A stretch of DNA of 37,094 nt from a virus (Duplodnaviria; Caudoviricetes). Of this stretch, positions 17,347-24,561 are shown piece by piece. The DNA lies in IMG/VR virus record IMGVR_UViG_3300050331_000118, positions 1 to 37,094 of that record, one strand, 5' to 3'. Position 1 is the first letter of the stretch; every line of letters starts with the position of its first letter. The notes below the pieces were generated by a model. That model was not told the DNA's origin and did not search any database. It was given only the letters and a program-made list of their open reading frames with translations. The position numbers were made by a program, and so were the translations under genes.

Positions 17347-18960
17347 ATGGCCGATTTCTACAGGGGCCTGGTCGACTATCGCGGGAGGCCGATCAGGAAG
17401 GCCGAGCTCGTCTCCGAGCAGGCGGCGCCGACGACGCGCGGCATCCGCCAGCCCTATGGCGGGCACCCGGCCGCCGGCCTCACCCCGGGGCGCCTCGGCC
17501 GCCTGCTGCGCGAGAGTATCGAGGGCAGCCCCGAGCGCTACCTCGAGCTGGCCGAGGACATGGAGGAGCGCGACCTGCACTATACGGGCGTGCTCTCGAC
17601 CCGGAAGCGCCAGGTGGCCGGGCTCGACATTGCCGTCGAGGCGGCGGGCGACAGCACCGAGGAAGAGGCGCAGGCCGAGCTGGTGCGCGAGGTGCTCGCC
17701 CGCGACGAATTCCAGGACGAGCTGGTCGATATGCTCGATGCCATCGGCAAGGGGTTCTCCTGCTGCGAGATCATCTGGGACACCTCGGAGAGCCAGTGGC
17801 GGCCGCGCGCCATCAAGTACCGCGACCCGCGCTGGTTCGAGTTCGACCGCGAGGAGCCCGAGAAGATCATGCTGCGCGGCGACGGCGGGCAGCCCGAGGA
17901 GCTCAAGGCCTTCGGCTGGATCGTGCACCGGGCCAAGGTCAAATCCGGGCTCACCATCCGCGGCGGCCTCGCCCGCGCCGTCGCCTGGACCTATCTGTTC
18001 AAGAGCTTCACCCTCAAGGACTGGGCCATCTTCTGCGAGGCCTACGGGCAGCCGCTCAGGCTGGGCAAGTTCGATCCCGCGGCCAGCGAGGCCGACAAGG
18101 ACAGGCTCCTCGAGGCGGTGGCCAATATCGGCTCGGACTTCGCCGCCATCATCCCGGCGGCGATGACCGTCGATTTCGTCAAGGCCGACATCTCCGGCAG
18201 CCACGAGCTGTACGAGCGGCGCGCCAACTGGCTCGACCAGCAGGTGAGCAAGCTGGTGCTGGGCCAGACCGGTACGACCGACGTCATCAAGGGCGGCGGC
18301 TATGCCAGCTCCAAGGTGCATGACGGTGTGCGCGAGGACATCGAGAAGGTAGACGCGCGCCAGCTCGCCGCCACCCTCAACCGCGATCTCGCGCGCGTCC
18401 TGGTCGACCTCAATTTCGGGCCACGCCCGATGGGCGCGAAGTATCCCAGGATCACCATCGGCCGGCCCGAGGAAGAGGACGTCAAAAGCCTCGTCGACAA
18501 CGTCACCCGGCTGATCCCCTTCGGCCTCAAGGTCGGCATGGCGACGATGCGCGACAAGATCGGCATTGCCGAGCCCGAGCCGGACGAAGAACTGCTGACG
18601 CCGCCGAAACCGGCGCTGCCCTCTCCCGCGACAGAACAGCCGACCCCGGCCGGGCGCCGCGACGACGCGGATCCGGCCGAGGATGAGGACGTATCCGCCC
18701 ACAAGGCCGGCGCGGTGCCCGGCGACGCGATCGACCAGGCCGTCGCCGACATGCTGGCGGATGGTGGCTGGGAACCGCTGGTCAGGCCGGTGGTCGAGGG
18801 GCTCGACGAGGAGATCGCCGCCGCCGCGAGCGAGGATGAGGTGCGCGACATCCTGCGCCGGCGCGCCACCACCATGGGCGTTGCCGCCTTCACCGACCTG
18901 CTGGCGCGCTCGGCCTTCGTGGCGCGCCTCGCCGGCGAGACCGATGAGGAGCTTGCCTGA
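17347..18960 (+). CDS. Portal protein (Mu gp29/DUF935-like)
   Basis: LAEDMEERDLH, DAIGKGFS..EIIW, DWAIFCEAYGQPLRLGK, SKLVLGQTGTT. Confidence 0.93.
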   Translation: MADFYRGLVDYRGRPIRKAELVSEQAAPTTRGIRQPYGGHPAAGLTPGRLGRLLRESIEGSPERYLELAEDMEERDLHYTGVLSTRKRQVAGLDIAVEAAGDSTEEEAQAELVREVLARDEFQDELVDMLDAIGKGFSCCEIIWDTSESQWRPRAIKYRDPRWFEFDREEPEKIMLRGDGGQPEELKAFGWIVHRAKVKSGLTIRGGLARAVAWTYLFKSFTLKDWAIFCEAYGQPLRLGKFDPAASEADKDRLLEAVANIGSDFAAIIPAAMTVDFVKADISGSHELYERRANWLDQQVSKLVLGQTGTTDVIKGGGYASSKVHDGVREDIEKVDARQLAATLNRDLARVLVDLNFGPRPMGAKYPRITIGRPEEEDVKSLVDNVTRLIPFGLKVGMATMRDKIGIAEPEPDEELLTPPKPALPSPATEQPTPAGRRDDADPAEDEDVSAHKAGAVPGDAIDQAVADMLADGGWEPLVRPVVEGLDEEIAAAASEDEVRDILRRRATTMGVAAFTDLLARSAFVARLAGETDEELA

Positions 18961-19733
18961 TGCCGCTCGAACTCAAGCCGGTGCAGCCGCGCGACGCCAT
19001 CGAGGCGCTGCTCACCCGCGGCCGGCAGCTGGCCCCCAGCTTCGCCTGGCAGGAGGTCTACGCGGACCTGCACGCCACCATGTTCACCGTCGCCAAATCG
19101 CACGGCTATGACGTCCTCGAGGACATCTTCAAGGCCCTGCTCCAGGCACTCGAGGAGGGCCGCACCTATCGCGAGTTCGCCGCCGAGCTCACGCCGCTGC
19201 TGCAGCGCAAGGGCTGGTGGGGCCGATCCCGCCAGGTCAATCCGGCGACGGGGCTCGAGGAGAGCGTGCAGCTCGGCTCGCCCCGGCGGCTGGAGCTGAT
19301 CTTCGACGCCAACATGCGGGTGAGCTACGCCGCCGGGCACTGGGCCAGCTTCGAGCGCAACAAGGCCGTGCGGCCGTTCCTGCGCTATGTCGCCATCATG
19401 GACGAGCGCACGCGGCCGACGCATGCGCTGCACCACAACCTGGTGCTGCCGGTCGACCACCCCTACTGGGCCGTCTGGGCGCCGCCCTGCGGCTGGAGCT
19501 GCCGGTGCACGCTGCAGAGCCTTAGCAAGAGCGACGTCGACGCGCTCGGGGCAGCGGCGAAATTCGTCCCGCCCGAGATCCCCGCCCGGCCGTGGACCAA
19601 CAAGGTGACGGGCGAGACGCGCGTCATCCCGGACGGCATCGACCCCGGCTGGGACCACAACCCGGGCAAGGCGGGCTTCAGCGAGACGCTCAGGCGCATC
19701 GGGCAGAAGCCGGACCCGCTCGGCATCCGCTGA
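18960..19733 (+). CDS. Head morphogenesis protein (Mu F/gp30-like)
   Basis: FTVAK, RRLELIFDANM..SYAAG, D.RTRP.H, HPYW....PPCGWSCRC, IDPGWDHNPG. Confidence 0.92.
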   Translation: MPLELKPVQPRDAIEALLTRGRQLAPSFAWQEVYADLHATMFTVAKSHGYDVLEDIFKALLQALEEGRTYREFAAELTPLLQRKGWWGRSRQVNPATGLEESVQLGSPRRLELIFDANMRVSYAAGHWASFERNKAVRPFLRYVAIMDERTRPTHALHHNLVLPVDHPYWAVWAPPCGWSCRCTLQSLSKSDVDALGAAAKFVPPEIPARPWTNKVTGETRVIPDGIDPGWDHNPGKAGFSETLRRIGQKPDPLGIR

Positions 19734-19833
19734 CGGCTCGGAGGGGGTCGCGGAAATCCGCCCCAGGCGCGCGCAAGGGCCCTTTTGCGCTGCCGACATA
19801 CGTGCGCGGTCGCTCTTGCGGCGCCAGCCCCCT

Positions 19834-19849
19834 TTAAAACCCGTTTAAC
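19834..19849. promoter_or_regulatory. CtrA-consensus box TTAA-N7-TTAAC
   Basis: TTAA AACCCGT TTAAC in the F-I intergenic region of an otherwise very GC-rich sequence. Confidence 0.5.
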
Positions 19850-19932
19850 GGCATATCCAGCCCCGGGCGAGGAGCGCATCGGGGCGTGCCGGCGGTGTCA
19901 GGGGTGAAAAGGCGCTCGCGGGGCGATTGGGG

Positions 19933-19977
19933 CGGACATTTGTCCGGGGCGTTTGGCCGGCGCGAATAAGCCAGCTT
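19933..19977 (+). promoter_or_regulatory. Putative late promoter for the head/tail operon with activator dyad
   Basis: Second exact copy of CGGACATTTGTCCGGGGCGTTTG (19933-19955); CAGCTT at 19972-19977 has the same offset as CACAAT in copy 1. Confidence 0.7.
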
Positions 19978-19984
19978 CGCCGGT

Positions 19985-21115
19985 ATGAGCAAACGCGTCA
20001 ACTCCGTCGCTTTCGGCGCCAGCGCCGCCCAGCCTGCCAATGGCTCGGCGGACGGCTTCGTGCTGATCCTGCCGGCCGGCACCTTCACCGGCCGCGACGG
20101 CCGCGGCCCGTTCCATGCCGGCGACCGCGCCGCCATGGAAAAGATCGTGGCGCGCACGCTGGCCCATTTCGGGGCCACCGAGCTGATGATCGACTACGAC
20201 CACCAGAGCTTCTTTGCGACCAGGCCCGACGTCGGCGGCACCGCCAAGGCGGCCGGCTGGATCAAGGAGTTCCAGGTGCGCGACGACGGCATCTGGGGCC
20301 GCCCCGAATGGACGCCGGCGGCCAGGGCGGCGATCGAGGCCGGCGAGTACCGCTACCTCTCGCCCCTGTTCACCTCGAGCCAGAAGACCGGCCAGGTCGG
20401 CCGCCTCGAGAGCGTGGCGCTCATCAACACTCCCAATCTCGACCTCACCGCCTTCGCGGCGCGGGCCGACGAACTTTTTCAGGAAGAGGACGAAGACATG
20501 AAGTCGATCGCCAAGGCCCTCGGGCTCGACGACAACGCCAGCGAGGCCGCGATCCTCGCCGCCATCAACGCCTTCGGCACCGGCATCGTCGCCATGGCGG
20601 CGGCGATCGGGCTCAAGCCGGAAGCCAAGCTCGACGAGGTGGTCTCGGCCGTCAGCGCCTTCGCCGCCGATCGCGGCAAGATCGCCGTGGCCGCCGGGCT
20701 CAAGACCGATGCCAAGGCGGACGAGATCGTCACCGCCATGTCGGCCAAGGGCGGCCAGGTCGACCCGGCACAGTTCGTGCCCATGGCCATGTTCACCGAG
20801 CTGCAGACGCAGTTCAGGACGCTGCAGGAGACCGGCGCCAGCGAGAAGGCCGAGCAGGCCGTGGCCGAGGCCATGAGCGCCGGCAAGATCACGCCGGCCA
20901 ACAAGGACTGGGCCCTCAACTACTTCAGGAAGGACCAGGCGGGCTTCGAAGCCTTCGTCGCCAACGCGCCCAGGTTGACCGGGCAGCAGCTCACCGCCGC
21001 AAAGGCCGAGCCCGGCAAGCCGGCGCTCACCGACGCCGACGAGGCCGTGATCGCGGCCATGGGCGTGAGCCGGGAAGACTACCTCGCCTCCAAGCAGAGC
21101 TTCGAGACGGCCTGA
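19985..21115 (+). CDS. Prohead protease/scaffold (Mu I/gp32-like)
   Basis: LPAGTF.GRDGRGP, IDYDHQ, AAGWIK, WTP.A...I..GEYRYLSP.F, VALINTPNL; alanine-rich scaffold C-terminus. Confidence 0.93.
   Translation: MSKRVNSVAFGASAAQPANGSADGFVLILPAGTFTGRDGRGPFHAGDRAAMEKIVARTLAHFGATELMIDYDHQSFFATRPDVGGTAKAAGWIKEFQVRDDGIWGRPEWTPAARAAIEAGEYRYLSPLFTSSQKTGQVGRLESVALINTPNLDLTAFAARADELFQEEDEDMKSIAKALGLDDNASEAAILAAINAFGTGIVAMAAAIGLKPEAKLDEVVSAVSAFAADRGKIAVAAGLKTDAKADEIVTAMSAKGGQVDPAQFVPMAMFTELQTQFRTLQETGASEKAEQAVAEAMSAGKITPANKDWALNYFRKDQAGFEAFVANAPRLTGQQLTAAKAEPGKPALTDADEAVIAAMGVSREDYLASKQSFETA
20498..21115 (+). CDS. Probable nested in-frame scaffold protein (Mu Z-like)
   Basis: Purine-rich AGGAAGAGGA RBS before an internal ATG (MKSIAKALGL) at the protease/scaffold boundary, as for Mu I/Z. 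Confidence 0.6.
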   Translation: MKSIAKALGLDDNASEAAILAAINAFGTGIVAMAAAIGLKPEAKLDEVVSAVSAFAADRGKIAVAAGLKTDAKADEIVTAMSAKGGQVDPAQFVPMAMFTELQTQFRTLQETGASEKAEQAVAEAMSAGKITPANKDWALNYFRKDQAGFEAFVANAPRLTGQQLTAAKAEPGKPALTDADEAVIAAMGVSREDYLASKQSFETA

Positions 21116-21169
21116 CCGCCTCGCTTACCGACACCGCGGCAGGCGCCGCTGCAACCAAGGACCGCTCCC

Positions 21170-21592
21170 ATGTCTCTCACCGCTGACCGCAACACCAGGG
21201 AAGCCGCCGGCCGCATCTATTCCGGCCCGGTGGCTGCCGCCGTCAAATGCTTCGCCGGCGCCATGCTCGTCCGCGACGCCTCCGGCAACGTCAAGCCGGC
21301 GGTCACCGCCACCGGCCTCGTCGCCGTCGGCCGCTGCGAGAAATACGTCGACAACTCGTCCGGTGCCGCCGGCGACGTCGACGTGCCCTACAAGCCCGGC
21401 GTCTTTCGCTGGGCCAATTCCAGCGCCGCCGACGCGATCACCAAGGCCGAGATCGGCGACGATTGCTACATCGTCGACGACCTGACGGTGGCCAAGACCG
21501 ATGGCTCCAGTAGCCGCTCGATCGCCGGCAAGATCGTCGACGTCGACGCCAACGGCGTCTGGGTGGCCACCGGCGTCGCCGGCAGCTTCTAG
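21170..21592 (+). CDS. Capsid decoration/cement-like protein
   Basis: LTADRNT, DNSSGAAGD..V....GVF.WANS, IG..CYIVDD.TV, AGKIVDVD..GVWV; between protease and capsid. Confidence 0.75.
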   Translation: MSLTADRNTREAAGRIYSGPVAAAVKCFAGAMLVRDASGNVKPAVTATGLVAVGRCEKYVDNSSGAAGDVDVPYKPGVFRWANSSAADAITKAEIGDDCYIVDDLTVAKTDGSSSRSIAGKIVDVDANGVWVATGVAGSF

Positions 21593-21621
21593 CCCGCAGC
21601 CCCGAAACAGGAACCACTGCA

Positions 21622-22518
21622 ATGATCATCACTTCCGAAAATCTCCGGGCGCTGCGCACCGGCTTCAATGCCAGCTTCCAGCGGGCGCTGGGGGCCGCCA
21701 CCTCCATGCAAGCCCGCGTCGCCACCCCTGTCCCTTCGACCACCAAGTCCAACACCTATGGGTGGATGGGCAAGATCCCGGGGATGCGTGAGTGGGTCGG
21801 GCCGCGCCAGATCATGTCCCTGTCCGAAAGCGGCTACGTCATCGTCAACAAGCCCTACGAGCAGACGATCGGCGTCGACCGGGACGACATCGAGGACGAC
21901 AACCTCGGTATCTACGCGCCGCTGTTTTCCGAGCTCGGCGAGGGCGTCGCCGCGCATCCGGACATCCTGGTGTTCTCGCTGCTGAAAAACGGCTTCACCA
22001 CCGAGTGCTTCGACGGGCAGAACTTCTTTGACACCGACCATCCGGTGATCGGCGACGACGGCGAGACGGTGGGCGTCTATGCCAATACCGACGGCGGCGC
22101 CACTACGCCCTGGTTCCTGCTCAGCACCCGTCGCGTGCTGAAGCCCCTTATCTTCCAGGAGCGCAAGAAGCCGCAGTTCGTCGCCCTCGACAATCCCGAC
22201 GATCCCAACGTCTTCCACAACAAGCAGTACCTCTACGGCACCGACGCGCGCTGGAATGTCGGCTTCGGGTTCCCACAGATGGCCTGGGGCTCGAAGCAGA
22301 CGCTGGACGCGACCCACTACGCCACCGCCCGCGCCGCGATCTCGGGCTTCAAGGGCGACGGCGGCCGGCCGCTTGGGCTGGTACCCGATCTGCTGGTGGT
22401 GCCGCCGAGCCTCGAAAGCGCTGGCCGCAAGCTCCTCAACTCCGAGTATGGCGCCGGCGGCGAGACCAACGAATGGAAGGGCACGGCCGAGCTGCTCGTG
22501 GTGCCCTGGCTCGCCTAG
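21622..22518 (+). CDS. Major capsid protein (Mu T/gp34-like)
   Basis: YGWMG..PGMREWVG.R, DIEDDNLGIY.P, CFDGQNFFDTDHP, KPLIFQER, YGTDAR.NVGFGFPQMA, LVVPPSLE. Confidence 0.95.
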   Translation: MIITSENLRALRTGFNASFQRALGAATSMQARVATPVPSTTKSNTYGWMGKIPGMREWVGPRQIMSLSESGYVIVNKPYEQTIGVDRDDIEDDNLGIYAPLFSELGEGVAAHPDILVFSLLKNGFTTECFDGQNFFDTDHPVIGDDGETVGVYANTDGGATTPWFLLSTRRVLKPLIFQERKKPQFVALDNPDDPNVFHNKQYLYGTDARWNVGFGFPQMAWGSKQTLDATHYATARAAISGFKGDGGRPLGLVPDLLVVPPSLESAGRKLLNSEYGAGGETNEWKGTAELLVVPWLA

Positions 22519-22535
22519 CCGGACTAGCGACCCTT

Positions 22536-22614
22536 CCGATCCGCCGGCCGCAGCCGGCGGGTCTTGGAGAGGGAGCTGCGTGGCTCTCTCTGCAAGACCC
22601 GAGACCCGAAAGGA
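22536..22614 (+). repeat. Structured two-hairpin element, copy 1
   Basis: CCGCCGGC-CGCA-GCCGGCGG hairpin, then an 18-position stem GGGTCTTGGAGAGGGAGC/GCTCTCTCTGCAAGACCC, then GAAAGGA RBS. Confidence 0.8.
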
Positions 22615-22619
22615 CTGCC

Positions 22620-22979
22620 ATGTCTCGCAAGTACTTCTACCTCATGGCCGCCAGCATCGCTGCTGCAGGGCTTCTCATCTCCGGGGCCGCCATGGCCGCC
22701 CTCGACGTCCAGGACGATCCCCTGGCTATCGCGGCGATCATCGGCGAGCCGCCGGCAGATGGCGATGCCCTCCATTGCGAGGCCGACCGTGTGCCCGCCT
22801 ATGCAGTCGAGGTCCTCTTCACCGAGAGCGTCGACCTCAAGCTCTGCGAACCGGCGCTGTTCGCGGCGACCGGCGATTGTCTCGCCGCTGTGAACTTCGG
22901 CGCCGACACCGACGACCTCATCGTGGTCGGCATCCGCTTGCTGGGCTGCGCGGAGAGCGGCCGAAGTCCCCCTGGCTAG
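22620..22979 (+). CDS. Accessory exported/membrane-anchored acidic protein
   Basis: AAAGGA RBS; signal-peptide-like N-terminus MSRKYFYLMAASIAAAGLLISGAAMA; four Cys in the mature part. Confidence 0.6.
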   Translation: MSRKYFYLMAASIAAAGLLISGAAMAALDVQDDPLAIAAIIGEPPADGDALHCEADRVPAYAVEVLFTESVDLKLCEPALFAATGDCLAAVNFGADTDDLIVVGIRLLGCAESGRSPPG

Positions 22980-22986
22980 AGCCATC

Positions 22987-23060
22987 CCGATCCGCCGGCT
23001 GCGGCCGGCGGGTCTTCCAGGAGGAGCCCCTCGCGGCTCCTGCTGCAAGACCCGAAAGGA
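22987..23060 (+). repeat. Structured two-hairpin element, copy 2
   Basis: CCGCCGGC-TGCG-GCCGGCGG hairpin, then a 19-position stem GGGTCTTCCAGGAGGAGCC/GGCTCCTGCTGCAAGACCC, then GAAAGGA RBS. Confidence 0.8.
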
Positions 23061-23068
23061 GACGCGTC

Positions 23069-23752
23069 ATGGCCAAGAGAGCCACCAAAACCCCAAAGCA
23101 GGTGCTGCAGCCGAAGGTAGCCGCCGGCGCCCCGCCCGCACCTGCCACGGCCGCAGCGGCGATCGCGGCCCTGACGCCGGAGCAGCTCGCCGCCCGGGCG
23201 GCCGAACTCGACCAGGCGCGAGCGACGATGAAGGCCGCCGGCGAGCGCGCTGCGCAGGCCCAGGCGGCGCTGGATGCACTGCCGAAAGATGCCGCTGACG
23301 AACAGCGTCAGGACGCGCTCGACCTGTTGGCGGAGGCCGAGGGGGCGGTGCTGTCCGCCGAAGCGAGCTTCAAGGCACTGGCGGACCTCAACGAGATACC
23401 AGCGGGCTCGCACGGGGATGGCCACGCCGTCGCTGCAGGCCCCAAGGGGAACCACCGGACACAAGGGGCCGGCCCCAACCCCGGCGCGGTTGCGAGCGCG
23501 TCGGGAACCCATACCCCCGCGAGCGACGACCAGGGCGGGGCCGGCAATGAGGCCGGTCCCGCCGGCGGCGATCACGCCGCGCTCGATGGCGGCGTGCTGG
23601 TGGTGACCACAAAGCGCCCGCAGCGCTGGCGCGCCGGCCGGCGCTTCGCCAAGGGCGAGGAGGTGCGCGTCCCTGTCGACGAACTCACCGAGGCCGACTT
23701 CCGGGCAATCACGGAAGACCCGGTGCTCGAGGCCCGCGTGGAGCCAGGCTGA
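23069..23752 (+). CDS. Mu gp35/HI1506-like protein with long N-terminal extension
   Basis: AAAGGAG RBS; C-terminal RWRAGRRF...V.V..LTE....AI..DP.L motif; position after the capsid gene. Confidence 0.7.
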   Translation: MAKRATKTPKQVLQPKVAAGAPPAPATAAAAIAALTPEQLAARAAELDQARATMKAAGERAAQAQAALDALPKDAADEQRQDALDLLAEAEGAVLSAEASFKALADLNEIPAGSHGDGHAVAAGPKGNHRTQGAGPNPGAVASASGTHTPASDDQGGAGNEAGPAGGDHAALDGGVLVVTTKRPQRWRAGRRFAKGEEVRVPVDELTEADFRAITEDPVLEARVEPG

Positions 23753-23760
23753 GGCGCTTT

Positions 23761-23835
23761 CGCGGGGTGGCGCAGCGGCAGCGCGCGAGGCTCATAACCT
23801 CGAGGTCGCGGGTTCGAGTCCCGCCCCCGCAACCA
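23761..23835 (+). tRNA. tRNA-Met(CAT), initiator (fMet)-like, with encoded CCA
   Basis: Full cloverleaf: acceptor CGCGGGG/CCCCGCA with C1:A72 mismatch, D stem GCGC/GCGC, anticodon arm CGAGG-CTCATAA-CCTCG, T arm GCGGG-TTCGAGT-CCCGC, ACCA end. Confidence 0.93.
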
Positions 23836-23877
23836 GTTTGAAGGGCGCTCCAACCCGGCTGCAGGCGACCTTCAAGA

Positions 23878-23910
23878 CCCCGGCGGCGGTGTGACGCTGC
23901 CGCCGCCGGG
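23878..23910 (+). other. GC-rich hairpin downstream of the tRNA
   Basis: CCCGGCGGCGG...CCGCCGCCGGG inverted repeat, preceded by a TTGAAGG/CCTTCAA stem; no strong U-tract. Confidence 0.55.
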
Positions 23911-23935
23911 AACTCTTCATTCGAGAGGATCGGAC

Positions 23936-24133
23936 ATGACCATCATCGTCTGGCTTGCCACTTTCATCGCCGCCTTCGTGGGCGTCCTCGTGAGGATCGC
24001 CCTGCAGCCCTCGCCGGCGTCCGACTATTTGCGCCACGTGCTGCTCGTCGCCTTCGTCGCCGCCCTGATCGCAATGGTCGTCATCGGCGGCGCCTGGGAC
24101 CTATATTCCGCTCTCGGGGGCCTTGCCTCGTGA
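23936..24133 (+). CDS. Small two-TM membrane protein
   Basis: GAGGA RBS; two hydrophobic helices; GTGA overlap with gp36. Confidence 0.65.
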   Translation: MTIIVWLATFIAAFVGVLVRIALQPSPASDYLRHVLLVAFVAALIAMVVIGGAWDLYSALGGLAS

Positions 24134-24561
24134 ACTACGTCACCCAGCAGGATCTGATCGACCGCTTCGGCGAGCCGGAGCTGGTCCAGCTCACCGATCG
24201 CACGAACCGGCCGGCGACGACGATCGACGCCACCACGGTGGCGCGCCACATCGCCGACGCGGAATCGATGATCGACGGCTATCTCGGCAAGGTCTACGCG
24301 CTGCCGCTTGCCACCGTGCCGCCGGTGCTGGTCAAGATCGCCGCGGATCTCGCGCGCTATTTCCTGCATGGCCCATCCGCCGAAAAGGACGGCGCGGTCG
24401 AGCGCGCCTATCGCGACGCCAGGGCCTGGCTCAACGACGTCGCCGGCGGCGCCGTCGTCATCGAGAATGCCGGTGTGATCCCGAGCCAGGCCGGTGGCGG
24501 CCGCATCCAGACCTCGGCGCCGGATCGCGTGTTCACGCGCGACAGCATGGGTGAGTTCTGA
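24130..24561 (+). CDS. Head-tail connector (Mu gp36/DUF1320-like)
   Basis: YVTQQDLIDRFG..EL.QLTD, IADAESMIDGYL...YALPL, DLARY.L, Y.DA..WL..VA.G. Confidence 0.92.
   Translation: MNYVTQQDLIDRFGEPELVQLTDRTNRPATTIDATTVARHIADAESMIDGYLGKVYALPLATVPPVLVKIAADLARYFLHGPSAEKDGAVERAYRDARAWLNDVAGGAVVIENAGVIPSQAGGGRIQTSAPDRVFTRDSMGEF

Noticed and set aside
16351-18702. 783-aa minus-strand ORF (also 1300-2886, 31236-32969 and many shorter antisense ORFs)
   Set aside because: They mirror well-supported + strand genes. Long stop-free antisense frames are expected with strong GC3 bias, and they show no motifs or RBS.
19769-19790. GCGCAAGGG/CCCTTTTGCGC inverted repeat after gene F as a terminator
   Set aside because: Imperfect stem with essentially no loop and no following U-tract; too weak to call.
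22536-23060. Repeats considered as a CRISPR or guide-RNA array
   Set aside because: Only two long imperfect copies, separated by a protein-coding gene; no regular repeat-spacer period and no cas-like gene.
22256-23068. N-terminal 271 codons of the 498-aa ORF 22256-23752
   Set aside because: Overlaps the capsid gene, the RNA elements and the 22620 gene in another frame; the RBS-supported start is 23069.
23761-23835. tRNA as a prophage attachment site
   Set aside because: It is internal to the late operon, there is no integrase or duplicated tRNA 3' end, and the element has transposition genes.
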